NCBI GenBank assembly: GCA_934149245.1
Contig: CAKPER010000004.1
Location: 3,757 to 67,756, forward strand
DNA from: an uncultured Bacilli bacterium
Lineage (GTDB): Bacteria; Bacillota_I; Bacilli_A; RF39; UBA660
DNA: 64,000 nt
Direction: 5' to 3'
The translations under genes were made by a program, and so were the position numbers. This document shows, in pieces, positions 1 to 10,227 of the stretch. The first letter of the stretch is position 1; each line of letters opens with the position of its first letter. The notes beneath the pieces are model-generated. The model was not told the DNA's origin, made no database searches, and worked only from the letters and a program-made list of their open reading frames with translations.

Positions 1-2
1 TG

Positions 3-1316
3 TATAAAAATAACAAAATTGACAAAAGTGAATTGAAAGAAGCTTATTCTACTAAATTAAAATATTTAGGTAAGGAACATGAAACAAATTTAGAAAATGC
101 CCTTTATTTTAGAGATGCCGTTTTAAAAGAATTAGATAGTATTAGCAGTGTACCAAAAACGCTTATTGAGACTGGTGAATTAAATATATACACTACTCTT
201 GATACTAAGGCTCAGGAAGATTTGGAAAACTCTGTAAAAAATAATATGAAAGATAGTAATGATAACTTACAAGTTGCTGGATTAATGATGAATCCTGATA
301 ATGGTGGAGTAATGGCTATGATTGGTGGAAAAAATTATTCATCAAGTCAATTTAATAGAGCAATTAGCTCTAAAAGACAAGTTGGTTCTATTATGAAACC
401 TATACTGTATTATTCAGCCTTAGAAAATGGTTTTACTTCTGCTTCAACTTTTATTAGTGAAAAAACTACATTTAATTTTTCTAATAATCAAAAATATATG
501 CCTAAAAATTATAACGATATATATGCAAATGGACCAATTACAATGGGAGCTGCTATAGCATATTCCGATAATACTTATGCTATTAAAACGAATCTCTTTA
601 TGGGAGAAAAAAATTTACTTAATATGAGTAAAAGGTTAGGAATTAAAAGTAATTTAAAACCTGTACCATCTCTTGCCCTTGGTACAGGAGAAATTAGTAT
701 GATAGAAATGGCTGAAGCTTACAGTAGTTTTGCTAATATGGGATATAAAATAGAGAGTCATTTTATTGATAGAGTTCTAGATAAAGATGGTAATATCCTT
801 TATAAATATAATAATGTTAAAGATTCTATTTTAAATTCAAATTTAACTTATATTCTTAGTGAAATGCTAACTTATACTTATGATCAGGCATTTATTGATT
901 ATAGTTATCCTACTTTAATTAATTTATATCCAAAAATAACTCAAAAATATGCTATTAAAAGTGGAACCACTGATACTGATATGTGGATTATTGGATATAA
1001 TAAAAAAAGTGTTTTAGCTATTTGGAATGGTTATGATGATAATAAAGTTATTACATCAAAGAATGGTTATCATAAAGATATTTGGATCGATACAATGGAA
1101 AGCTATTTGAAACAAACTAAAAAAGAAGATAACTGGTATAATATGCCTAAAGATGTTGTTGGAGTTATGTTAAATCCTATAACAGGAACTATTTCCACTA
1201 ATAATGATAAAAAATCTAAAGTTTACTATTTTCTTAAGGGAACTGAACCTACTGATGAAACTATTGATTTAGAAAGTGTTTTTCGGGAAGAAATTAATAC
1301 TACTAAAGAAAATTAA
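3..1316 (+). CDS. Penicillin-binding protein, transpeptidase portion (5' end lies outside the window)
   Basis: The reading frame is open from the window edge (codon phase starts at nt 3), upstream of the tracked ATG at 33. Transpeptidase motifs are present: SxxK (GSIMKP), SxN (YSDNT) and KTG-like (KSGTT). Confidence 0.85.
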   Translation, partial: YKNNKIDKSELKEAYSTKLKYLGKEHETNLENALYFRDAVLKELDSISSVPKTLIETGELNIYTTLDTKAQEDLENSVKNNMKDSNDNLQVAGLMMNPDNGGVMAMIGGKNYSSSQFNRAISSKRQVGSIMKPILYYSALENGFTSASTFISEKTTFNFSNNQKYMPKNYNDIYANGPITMGAAIAYSDNTYAIKTNLFMGEKNLLNMSKRLGIKSNLKPVPSLALGTGEISMIEMAEAYSSFANMGYKIESHFIDRVLDKDGNILYKYNNVKDSILNSNLTYILSEMLTYTYDQAFIDYSYPTLINLYPKITQKYAIKSGTTDTDMWIIGYNKKSVLAIWNGYDDNKVITSKNGYHKDIWIDTMESYLKQTKKEDNWYNMPKDVVGVMLNPITGTISTNNDKKSKVYYFLKGTEPTDETIDLESVFREEINTTKEN

Positions 1317-1327
1317 AAAAGTGGAGA

Positions 1328-2959
1328 TTATTTTTCCACTTCTATATTTATAGTGTATGACTGTTCACTATTATTTTCATTTATATTTAATTTATATCCC
1401 AATGATTCTAAGCTAATAGCCATATTTTTAAACATATTTATAACTGGAGTTACATCTTTTGGTGCTTGCATATTATTTATTGATGTATCCATATCATCAT
1501 CTTCTTCTGGTATTTCATCTAATTCATCATCGTCTTCATCATCAATATCATCTTCTGAATGATTATTAGGCATAGTGTTATTAGATGGAGAATTAGTATC
1601 TAAATTTCCGTCATTGCTTTGTGTAGGTTCATTTATTAATGGAGCTGGAGATATATTATTTGCTACTGATGATTGTTGAGTTTCATTTAAAGTATTTTGA
1701 CTTGATAGGTTTGGAATTATACTGTTAAGTGGATTAATATTATTGACTTCTTGAGTATTAATTGAAGAATTCGAGATTGGAGATTCATTTAAATTCGGAG
1801 TTGGAACAAAACCTTGATTAACTGAACTTGGTAGTGGTTGATTATACTGAACATCAGAAGTGATGTTAGGTGTAGTATTTATTTGATTATATGCAATATT
1901 ATCATTATTATTAGGTATTGATTGCATAGAATTATTTAATTGACTGTTATTATCAACTACCTGTTGTTGTAATGGCGTAGTATTTATATTTTGATTGTTT
2001 AATTGCTCCAAATTAGGAGTAATATTTTGTCCAGTTGCTAAAGAACTAAAATTTTCACTAGGATTACTTTTAAAATTACCAATATTATTATTTAATGGCT
2101 GGTTATTTTGCATACCATAATTACTAGTTTGTTGTTGAACGCTTTCTTGATTTGTTCCCGTTAAATCTATTAGAGGTGAAGGTGCTGTTAATGGTTGACT
2201 ATAATTCATTTGGTTAGATTGTTGTTGAAAAGAGCCAAAATTTGGTGATAAATTCATATTAGTTGGTTCATCTTCCAAAGATGGAAAAAATCTTCCTCCA
2301 AATGTTGGTTCCTGAACAGGTGATGGCTGTTGAACTTGTTGATTTAAATTATTATTATTTTCATTAATTAAATTATTTTGATTATTATTCATAATATTTT
2401 CTTCCCTTTCTTCTTCTTTATTTAATTCAGATAAACTAATAATATCAGAATTTATAGAATTATCTTTAAATGTAGGTTGTTGTATAGCTGAATCTATTTT
2501 ATAATTAGTTTCTTTATTAACTTTTATTTCTCTATTTGATAATTCTACTTTAGAATTAATTCTATCTAGAGGAATGCCTAATGATATGCTAATTTTTTCT
2601 TTATTTATATTAGGATATTCCAAAAGCTTTCTATATAAGAATGCCTCTTCTTTGCCAGATAATTCTTGTCTTTGAATATTGTCTAGAATAACCATTTCTA
2701 TCGCTTGTTCGTCAGTTAGATTTTGAATTATTACAGGTAATTTACTCATTCCTATTGCTTTTGCGGAATTATATCTCCTATTTCCTAAGATAATTTCATA
2801 TTGAATTCCCTTAGGTCTTACTACTAAAGGGGTTATTATTCCATGATTTTTAATTGAAGTTGCTAAATTATCTAAATTGTTGTAGTCATTATCTATATGC
2901 GATTGAAACTCTCCCGGAATTAACTCTGTAATACTTATATATTTAATATTTTCCTCCAC
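1328..2959 (-). CDS. ParB/Noc-family protein with a very long N/Q/S/P-rich low-complexity linker and an acidic tract
   Basis: GTG start with SD-like TGAGGGGA 5 nt upstream. The N-terminus carries ParB boxes (ILGNRRY = GxRR box; LDNIQRQEL = ENLQR-like box) and an HTH-like segment. Residues ~190-467 are low complexity and 468-491 are D/E-rich. The C-terminus (LGYKLNI...YTINIEV) resembles a ParB dimerisation tail. The gene sits next to rsmG, where noc lies in Bacillus. Confidence 0.75.
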   Translation of the reverse strand: MEENIKYISITELIPGEFQSHIDNDYNNLDNLATSIKNHGIITPLVVRPKGIQYEIILGNRRYNSAKAIGMSKLPVIIQNLTDEQAIEMVILDNIQRQELSGKEEAFLYRKLLEYPNINKEKISISLGIPLDRINSKVELSNREIKVNKETNYKIDSAIQQPTFKDNSINSDIISLSELNKEEEREENIMNNNQNNLINENNNNLNQQVQQPSPVQEPTFGGRFFPSLEDEPTNMNLSPNFGSFQQQSNQMNYSQPLTAPSPLIDLTGTNQESVQQQTSNYGMQNNQPLNNNIGNFKSNPSENFSSLATGQNITPNLEQLNNQNINTTPLQQQVVDNNSQLNNSMQSIPNNNDNIAYNQINTTPNITSDVQYNQPLPSSVNQGFVPTPNLNESPISNSSINTQEVNNINPLNSIIPNLSSQNTLNETQQSSVANNISPAPLINEPTQSNDGNLDTNSPSNNTMPNNHSEDDIDDEDDDELDEIPEEDDDMDTSINNMQAPKDVTPVINMFKNMAISLESLGYKLNINENNSEQSYTINIEVEK

Positions 2960-3044
2960 AGCTATCCCCTCAATTCTTTATTCTATAAATATAATAAACT
3001 ACTTTTTAAATTTTTTCAAGAAAAAAGTAAAAATTTATATATGT

Positions 3045-3746
3045 TTACAAATTTTTCTTTTTTATTACTTTATATTCTCTTGGGTATTTGATATCTGTTT
3101 TTTTATTTTTCTTAAATAACACTAAAGTTCTAACACTATTTTCATATGGTAATTCAAAGCACTTTTTATCTTCTAAAGATAGGGATAATTTATTCATATA
3201 ATGGTTTATATCTATTTTTTCATTAGATATATCCCCTTTCATTGCAATATACATACCTCCTACCTTTAATAGTGGTATTGAATATTCTAGCAGATGAGTT
3301 AAAGGGGCTACCGCTCTTGATGTAACTATATCATATTCTTCTCTTACATTTCTACTATATATTTCTGCACGTTCATTAATAACATTTATATTTGTTAAGT
3401 TCAATTTCAAAATAACCTTATTTAAAAAACTACATTTTTTTGTAGTTGAATCGACTAATGTTATATTCAACTGTGGAAAAGCTATTTTTAATACCATTCC
3501 TGGAAATCCTGCACCTGTTCCTATATCACATACTTTTTGATCAGACAATTCTACTATTTTGCTAATTGTTAGAGAATCATAAAAATGTTTTAAATATACT
3601 TGATTTTCATCAGTTATGGATGTTAAATTATATTTTTTATTTTCTTCCTTTAACAATCTATAATATTCATCTAATTGAGATAATTGTTTAGTATTTAATT
3701 TAATTCCTAAATCTGATAAAGCTCTTATAAATTCATCTTTATTCAT
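3045..3746 (-). CDS. rsmG: 16S rRNA (guanine527-N7)-methyltransferase RsmG (GidB)
   Basis: SAM-binding motif DIGTGAGFPG. It lies directly downstream of mnmG with an 8-nt overlap, the conserved mnmE-mnmG-rsmG order. Confidence 0.9.
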   Translation of the reverse strand: MNKDEFIRALSDLGIKLNTKQLSQLDEYYRLLKEENKKYNLTSITDENQVYLKHFYDSLTISKIVELSDQKVCDIGTGAGFPGMVLKIAFPQLNITLVDSTTKKCSFLNKVILKLNLTNINVINERAEIYSRNVREEYDIVTSRAVAPLTHLLEYSIPLLKVGGMYIAMKGDISNEKIDINHYMNKLSLSLEDKKCFELPYENSVRTLVLFKKNKKTDIKYPREYKVIKKKNL

Positions 3747-5613
3747 TATAATTTTTCCTTAAATAAATCATTAATATAGAAATATCTGCTGGATTTACTC
3801 CACTAATTCTCATTGCTTGACCAATGGATTCAGGTTTTACTTCTTCTAATTTTTGTCTAGCCTCACTTGCTAGATTTTTTATTTTTTTATAATCTATATC
3901 TTTAGGAATTTTTTTAGTATCATGACTCATTATTTTCTTTGCTTCTCTTTTTATCTTATTTATATAACCTTCATATTTTATCTCTATTTCAACTTGTTCC
4001 TTGATTTCATCACTATAATTAGTATCAAAAAGTTCTAGTTTTTTTAATATACTAAAATTTATCTCTGTTCGTTTTAATAGTTCATATACAGTTATTCCAT
4101 CTTTCAATATTGCTGAATTAATAGATGATAATTTTTCGTTAATTTCACGGGATGGTTTGATTTTTATATCTTTTAATTCTTGTTTTAACTTATCTATACT
4201 ATCTAATTTATTTTGAAATTGTTGATATCTTTTTTCATCAATTAAGCCAACTTCATAACCATATTTTCGAAGTCTAATATCTGCATTATCATTTCTTAAC
4301 AATAGTCTATATTCTGCTCTTGATGTTAACATCCTGTAAGGTTCTCTTGTACCTTTTGTTACTAAATCATCAATTAAAACTCCTATATATGCCTCATCTC
4401 TTTTTAAAATTAATGGTTCTTTATTCTCAAGTTTTAATGCTGCATTTATTCCAGCTATTAATCCTTGACATGCAGCTTCTTCATATCCACTTGTTCCATT
4501 TATTTGGCCTGCTGTAAATAAATTTTTTATAATTTTAGTTTCCAAACTAGCATAAATTTGGGTTGGATAAATAGCATCATATTCTATGGCATAAGCATAT
4601 TTTAAAATCTTGGCATGCTCTAATCCTGGAAGTGAATGTACCATTTTTTCCTGAATATCAATTGGCATACTAGTAGAAAATCCTTGTAAATAAATATCAT
4701 CATAGTATAAACTTTCAGGTTCTAAAAATAATTGATGACGATCTTTATCTTTAAATCTTGTTATTTTATCTTCTATTGATGGACAGTATCTAGGACCAAC
4801 TCCGGTTATATCATTTAAACCACCATACATACTTGATTTTGATAAATTATCTAAAATAATTTTGTGAGTTGTTTTATTTGTATATATTAAATAGCATGGT
4901 TCTTGATTATTCATATCATATAATGCTTTAATATCATGAGAAAATGTATATTCTTTTTTATCACCATCTTCTCTTTTTGTTTTTGAAAAATCTATTGAAT
5001 CCCTTGCTATTCTTGGAGGGGTTCCTGTTTTTAATCTTAAAATTTTAAAGCCATATTTTTTTAAATTATCACTTAAGTGTAGAGATGGTTTTTCATAATG
5101 TGGACCACTTCTAACTCTACTTGCACCTCTTAAAATATCAGATTTTAAGTATGTTCCAGTAGTTAAAATTACAGTTTTTGATTTTATAATAGTATTATCA
5201 GATAATATTACACCTTTTACGGTTTTATCATCAATAACTAAATCTTCAACCATTCCTTCTAATAATTGTAAATTTTCTTGGTGTTTTAAAGTTTTCAACA
5301 TCTCTTGTGGATAAGTTACTTTATCTGCCTGTGCTCTTAACGAATGAACAGATGGCCCTTTAGAAGAATTCAACATTTTCATTTGAATTAATGTTTTATC
5401 GGCATTTATTCCCATTTCTCCACCTAGAGCATCTATTTCTCTAACAATAATTCCTTTGGCTGAACCACCTATTGATGGATTACATGGCATTGTTGCTATA
5501 TTTTGTATGTTACCCGTTATTAATAACGTTGAATGTCCTATTCTTGATGTAGCTAAAGCAGCTTCACAACCAGCATGTCCTCCTCCTACTACTATTACTT
5601 CATAATTTTCCAT
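3739..5613 (-). CDS. mnmG: tRNA uridine 5-carboxymethylaminomethyl modification enzyme MnmG (GidA)
   Basis: N-terminal FAD motif VIVVGGGHAGCEAA. Length of 624 aa and full-length GidA-like sequence. Synteny supports the call. Confidence 0.97.
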   Translation of the reverse strand: MENYEVIVVGGGHAGCEAALATSRIGHSTLLITGNIQNIATMPCNPSIGGSAKGIIVREIDALGGEMGINADKTLIQMKMLNSSKGPSVHSLRAQADKVTYPQEMLKTLKHQENLQLLEGMVEDLVIDDKTVKGVILSDNTIIKSKTVILTTGTYLKSDILRGASRVRSGPHYEKPSLHLSDNLKKYGFKILRLKTGTPPRIARDSIDFSKTKREDGDKKEYTFSHDIKALYDMNNQEPCYLIYTNKTTHKIILDNLSKSSMYGGLNDITGVGPRYCPSIEDKITRFKDKDRHQLFLEPESLYYDDIYLQGFSTSMPIDIQEKMVHSLPGLEHAKILKYAYAIEYDAIYPTQIYASLETKIIKNLFTAGQINGTSGYEEAACQGLIAGINAALKLENKEPLILKRDEAYIGVLIDDLVTKGTREPYRMLTSRAEYRLLLRNDNADIRLRKYGYEVGLIDEKRYQQFQNKLDSIDKLKQELKDIKIKPSREINEKLSSINSAILKDGITVYELLKRTEINFSILKKLELFDTNYSDEIKEQVEIEIKYEGYINKIKREAKKIMSHDTKKIPKDIDYKKIKNLASEARQKLEEVKPESIGQAMRISGVNPADISILMIYLRKNYNE

Positions 5614-5629
5614 TTATTTCACATCTTTT

Positions 5630-6982
5630 CTATTTTCCTAAACAAAATCTTGAGAATAATTCATCTAATAATTCTTCTTTATAAGTTTCTCCAATTATTT
5701 CTCCTAATGTTTCCCAAGATTGTTTTATTCCTAATTCAACTATCTCTATTGGCTCATTATTATCAATTGACTTAATTGATTCATCTATATATTCTAAAGA
5801 TTTTTTTAGAAGTGATATACTTCTAGCATCAGTTAAATATGTTAAATCATCAGATTCTATTTGGCCTAAGTTAAATAATTTTATTATTTCTTTCTTTAAA
5901 TCATCTAAACCTACTCCATTTTTAATACTTGTTTTTATATAACTTTCGGTTAAAATATTTAAATCAATTTTTTGTTCAAGATCACTTTTGTTTATAACCG
6001 TAATATGTTTTTTATCTTTTAATAAATCAAATATTTTTTTATCTTCTTCTTGTAATATTTCATTATTATTTAATATTAGTATCACTAAATCACTTTTGTT
6101 TATTATTTCTTTGCTTTTTTGAACACCTATTTTTTCAACAATATCATTTGTTTGTCTTATACCAGCTGTATCTATTATATTTAATACGACACCATTTAAG
6201 ATAATATTTCCCTCGACTATGTCTCTCGTTGTTCCCTCAATATCTGTAACAATTGCTTTTTCTTCTTCTAATAAAGCATTTAATAAACTACTTTTTCCAA
6301 CATTAGGTCGTCCTATTATCCCAACATTTATTCCATTTGTAATAATTTTTCCTTCTTGTGATTTTTTTATTATACCTTTTAATTTTTCATTGAATTTTTC
6401 CAAGAAAGGTTTTATACTTTTAGTTGTTAATTGTTCAATATCTTCATATTCAGGATAATCTATATTGACTTCTATGTGTGAAATAATTTTTATTAATTCT
6501 TCTCTTAATGTTTTTATTTTGTTTGTCACTTTTCCTGTTAATTGATTAATTGACAAATCTCTTGCACGTTCTGTTTTAGAAGAAATTAAGTTCATAATAC
6601 CATCTGCCTCTAAAAGATCAATTCTACCATTTAAAAATGCTCTCTTGGTAAATTCACCTGGCTCTGCTAACCTAGCACCATTTAATAGTAATAATTCCAA
6701 TATTTTATTTGTTGTTGCAACTCCACCATGACTGTTAATTTCTACTATATTTTCTGTTGTAAAAGTTTTGGGAGCCAGCATAACCGATACTAATACTTCG
6801 TCTATTACTTTATTGTTATCTACAATATATCCATAATTTATTGTATGGGTAGCAACCTTATTTAAATCTTTACCTTTCCATATTTTGTTAACTATTTTTA
6901 AACTATCAATTCCACTTACTCTTATTATTGAAATGGCTCCTACTCCAAGTGATGTTGATATTGCTGCTATAGTATCATTCAT
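5630..6982 (-). CDS. mnmE: tRNA modification GTPase MnmE (TrmE)
   Basis: G-domain motifs GRPNVGKSSL and DTAGIR. The C-terminus ends in the conserved CLGK. Synteny supports the call. Confidence 0.95.
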   Translation of the reverse strand: MNDTIAAISTSLGVGAISIIRVSGIDSLKIVNKIWKGKDLNKVATHTINYGYIVDNNKVIDEVLVSVMLAPKTFTTENIVEINSHGGVATTNKILELLLLNGARLAEPGEFTKRAFLNGRIDLLEADGIMNLISSKTERARDLSINQLTGKVTNKIKTLREELIKIISHIEVNIDYPEYEDIEQLTTKSIKPFLEKFNEKLKGIIKKSQEGKIITNGINVGIIGRPNVGKSSLLNALLEEEKAIVTDIEGTTRDIVEGNIILNGVVLNIIDTAGIRQTNDIVEKIGVQKSKEIINKSDLVILILNNNEILQEEDKKIFDLLKDKKHITVINKSDLEQKIDLNILTESYIKTSIKNGVGLDDLKKEIIKLFNLGQIESDDLTYLTDARSISLLKKSLEYIDESIKSIDNNEPIEIVELGIKQSWETLGEIIGETYKEELLDELFSRFCLGK

Positions 6983-7042
6983 ATTATCTTTCTCCTTTTT
7001 CTATATTTTAGCATATTATAAAAAAAAATAAAACTATGTATA

Positions 7043-7906
7043 TTAATTATCATTGTATAATTCAATTTCTTTTTTGTTATATGCTTCTATGATTTTATTC
7101 CAAATAGTAGAATTAACATATCTAGCTTTTTTGGGATGAATTAAATATCTTACTGTTAATTCAATGTGGTCATCTATAATCTGAGTATATATTATTGGAT
7201 CGTAATGATTATAATAAATTCTATATTCACTAGATATATTGTTTATTTGTTTTTTCATTTTTGCAGGAATACTTTTGATTATTTCATTTGAATTTACTAT
7301 TTTGTAAATTATTCCTTTTGTTTTTGATATGTCTGAATTTAGTGGTACTTTTATTGTAAGTTCATTCCAAATATATTTAAATGCTTTATTATAATTTCTT
7401 AATGGATAATTAAAGATTGTAGAATTAGGAATATGTGTTATAACACCTGTACTTTGTCCAATAAAGTTTTCATTATTTACTTCCAGCACCTCAAAATTAA
7501 GAGCATTAATATTAACAACATCACCTTTATAATTATTTATTTCTATTCTATCTTCTATTACAAATGGTTTTTTTAATTTGATATATATTCCTGAAAAGAA
7601 GTTAAAAATTAAATCTCTAAGTGCTATTGTAAAACCAGCAGATATTAAACTTATTACAGTTAAAAAATTATTGATATACTTTCCCCATAAAAATAAAAAT
7701 ATTATTAAATTTATTATAGTAATTAACACTTTAAATTTTTGGGTATATAAGTATTCATTTTTAGAATTATTAACATGTTTTATAATTCTTAATCCTATTT
7801 TTTTTATAATATATAGAGCTAAGAAAAATAAAATACTTTTTAATATAAGAATTATATATTCTTTATTAATGCTTGTTAAATTACTAATATACACTATTGT
7901 TTTCAT
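7043..7906 (-). CDS. Small-conductance mechanosensitive channel (MscS family)
   Basis: N-terminal TM helices are followed by the MscS core pattern GFTIALRDLIFNFFSGIYIKLKKPFVIEDRIEINNYKGDVVNI. The gene is inserted between mnmE and jag. Confidence 0.75.
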   Translation of the reverse strand: MKTIVYISNLTSINKEYIILILKSILFFLALYIIKKIGLRIIKHVNNSKNEYLYTQKFKVLITIINLIIFLFLWGKYINNFLTVISLISAGFTIALRDLIFNFFSGIYIKLKKPFVIEDRIEINNYKGDVVNINALNFEVLEVNNENFIGQSTGVITHIPNSTIFNYPLRNYNKAFKYIWNELTIKVPLNSDISKTKGIIYKIVNSNEIIKSIPAKMKKQINNISSEYRIYYNHYDPIIYTQIIDDHIELTVRYLIHPKKARYVNSTIWNKIIEAYNKKEIELYNDN

Positions 7907-7989
7907 TATTGCACCTCTTTTCTTATTTTATTAATTAATTTTATTTTTATGAAAGAATTAGCTTTAAGAAAATTAAACCAAGAAAAAAA

Positions 7990-8598
7990 TTAATTTTCTC
8001 TTGGTTTTATTACTACATATCTATTTGGTTCTTCACCATGACTTTCTGTATATACCTTAGAATTGCTAGATAAGGCATTATGAACTATTCTTCTTTCATA
8101 TGAATTCATACATTCTAGCTTTGCTTCAACACCTGTTTGAGATACTTCTTTAGCTATTTTTTTTGCTGTTCTTTCAATAATTTCTCCTTTTTTTGCTTTG
8201 TAATTTTCAACATCTACTATTATTTTTACCTTATTATTAATATTTTGTGGTATTGTTTGTCTTATTATATCTTGAATAGCTTGAATTGTTTTGCCATTTT
8301 TCCCAATTAAAATGGAATTATTATCTGAAAAAATAGTTAAACTTATTGTTTTTTCAATTCTTCTAACTTCTAAATTAGCTTGAATTCCCATTAAACTAAC
8401 TAGTTCTTTTATCTCCTCTTTTAAATAATTTATTAAATCATTTATACTAACAATCTCTATTTTAGTACTTTTTTTTAATATACCCTTTTTTTCTTCAACG
8501 ATATTAACTATTAAATCACTTTCTTGAGTGTTCAATTCATTAGTTGCATTTTTTATAGCATCATCATAATTTTTACCTTCAAAAAAATACTTATTCAT
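7990..8598 (-). CDS. jag: Jag/KhpB RNA-binding protein (KH + R3H domains)
   Basis: Immediately follows yidC (stop and start adjacent). R3H-like C-terminus (ERRIVHNALS...) and KH-like GKNGKTIQAIQ. Confidence 0.85.
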   Translation of the reverse strand: MNKYFFEGKNYDDAIKNATNELNTQESDLIVNIVEEKKGILKKSTKIEIVSINDLINYLKEEIKELVSLMGIQANLEVRRIEKTISLTIFSDNNSILIGKNGKTIQAIQDIIRQTIPQNINNKVKIIVDVENYKAKKGEIIERTAKKIAKEVSQTGVEAKLECMNSYERRIVHNALSSNSKVYTESHGEEPNRYVVIKPREN

Positions 8599-9537
8599 CT
8601 ATTTTTCCTTCTTCCTTTCAACATAAATATTCTGGAAAATGGTAAACAAACTAGATGTTATCCAATATAGACCTAAAGCCGCTGGTAGAGAAAGCGATGC
8701 TACTCCAATCATAGCCATCATAAAGTATATTGTGTATTTCATTTGATTAGCGGCTGGACCCGATTGATCTTTTAATGTTTTAGAGAAAGACAAGAAAGAT
8801 GTTAAAATTATTAATGCTAATAATAATACATACCAATAATTATGATGTGTAAAAATTCCAACCCAAGGAGTAGTTCCCATCTGATAAACTAGAAAATTAT
8901 TTTCAAAAAGAGCTGGTGTTCTATTAATTGCTTCTAAAAAGGCAAATAATAATGGTAATTGAATAAAAGCTAACAAACATCCTGACATAGGATTTATTTT
9001 ATATTTTTGATAGACCATCATCATTTCTTGAGCTTTTTTAGTTTGTTCCTCGCTACTATCTTTTCCTTTATATTTTTTCTCTATCTTTTCTAATTCTGGT
9101 TGAGCTTTTTTTAATAATTCGGATTGCATAGCAGTTTTTTTGGTTACTGGCATTAATAACAATCTAATTAGTAATGATGTTATTATAATTGATAAACCAT
9201 AATTTTTTAATAACAAACCAATCTGAATTATTAACCACGCTAATGGCTTTACAAATATGCTCGTCCATAGACCTTCATAATTTTCCAATGGACTAAAATT
9301 TTTACATTCTGGTAACTTAGAAACTTTAATTCCATTTTTTTTATATAATTTTGTTACATTATCATTTGTTGGCTTACAAATAATGTTTTCAGTAATTGAT
9401 TGTCCTGTTTCTTTATTTATTACAACATTATTTTTTTTATCTTTTAGTGTTTTGGTACACCCTGATAACAATAATACACACATTATTATTATAAATATTT
9501 GTTTTATTTTATACTTATTTTTCATTAAATTCTCCAA
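8599..9537 (-). CDS. yidC: Membrane protein insertase YidC/SpoIIIJ (lipoprotein type)
   Basis: Lipobox LLSGC after the signal helix. Multi-TM 60-kDa-IMP-like core. Conserved rnpA-yidC-jag order. Confidence 0.9.
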   Translation of the reverse strand: MENLMKNKYKIKQIFIIIMCVLLLSGCTKTLKDKKNNVVINKETGQSITENIICKPTNDNVTKLYKKNGIKVSKLPECKNFSPLENYEGLWTSIFVKPLAWLIIQIGLLLKNYGLSIIITSLLIRLLLMPVTKKTAMQSELLKKAQPELEKIEKKYKGKDSSEEQTKKAQEMMMVYQKYKINPMSGCLLAFIQLPLLFAFLEAINRTPALFENNFLVYQMGTTPWVGIFTHHNYWYVLLLALIILTSFLSFSKTLKDQSGPAANQMKYTIYFMMAMIGVASLSLPAALGLYWITSSLFTIFQNIYVERKKEK

Positions 9538-9856
9538 TCTTATTTATTAGTGTTATAAACTTTTTTTCTAACTGACGATAGTCCAATTCTATTGCCTTCT
9601 TCCTAAATATTATAACATAGTCATACGATTTTTGTATAGCATTTCTGTTAGTATCTATTATATTTTTTAATCTTCTTTTTAATTTATTTCTTTGGTTAGC
9701 CTTTCCTACTTTTTTAGGAACAGATATTCCATAACGATTATTTAACATACGTTTTTCTACAAAATAAACCACAAAAAAACTATTCTTTACAAATTTTTTA
9801 TTATTTATAATATTCGTATACTCAAATTTACTTTTTATTATATCCTTTTTCTTCAT
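9515..9856 (-). CDS. rnpA: Ribonuclease P protein component
   Basis: 113-aa basic protein with the RNase P protein pattern (GISVPKKVGKANQRNKLKRRLK). It lies downstream of rpmH. Confidence 0.9.
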   Translation of the reverse strand: MKKKDIIKSKFEYTNIINNKKFVKNSFFVVYFVEKRMLNNRYGISVPKKVGKANQRNKLKRRLKNIIDTNRNAIQKSYDYVIIFRKKAIELDYRQLEKKFITLINKIGEFNEK

Positions 9857-9916
9857 TATCTCCTCCGCTTATATATAATATATGAAAGAATATTACTATT
9901 TTTTTAAATTAATGAG

Positions 9917-9941
9917 TAAAAAAATGCTACATAAGTAGCAT
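9917..9941 (-). terminator. Hairpin plus U-run between rpmH and rnpA (intrinsic terminator or attenuator)
   Basis: On the minus strand: ATGCTAC-TTAT-GTAGCAT stem-loop (plus-strand coordinates 9924-9941) followed by a T-run (plus-strand A-run 9918-9923). Confidence 0.5.
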
Positions 9942-10063
9942 TAAGCACATAATCTTTTTCTTTTTTTTGCTCTTCTCTTGCGTAGAACATTTCCTTTAAC
10001 ACGGGCAAAAAAGCCATGTTTCTTTGCTCTCTTAGCTTTATTTGGTTGATACGTTCTTTTCAT
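9941..10063 (-). CDS. rpmH: 50S ribosomal protein L34
   Basis: Hand translation of the minus strand gives MKRTYQPNKAKRAKKHGFFARVKGNVLRKRRAKKRKRLCA (40 aa). SD GGAGGTG lies upstream. It is missing from the ORF track because it is under 60 aa. Confidence 0.95.
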   Translation of the reverse strand: MKRTYQPNKAKRAKKHGFFARVKGNVLRKRRAKKRKRLCA

Positions 10064-10227
10064 AAAATTACACCTCCAAGTCAAATGCTATTTTATTATA
10101 TATGTTAATTAATTTTCTGTCAACTATTATACTTATAAAAACAATATTTTTTGAAATTTTTTACTTTTTTATTTTAATATTTCTAAATTTATAGTATAAT
10201 ATGTTTAAGAATAAGGAGGATGATTTC

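Noticed and set aside
1353-1562. 69-aa plus-strand ORF rich in Ser/Ile, antisense to the ParB-like gene.
   Set aside because: It is a shadow frame of the acidic, low-complexity 3' region of the minus-strand gene. It has no SD and no independent support.
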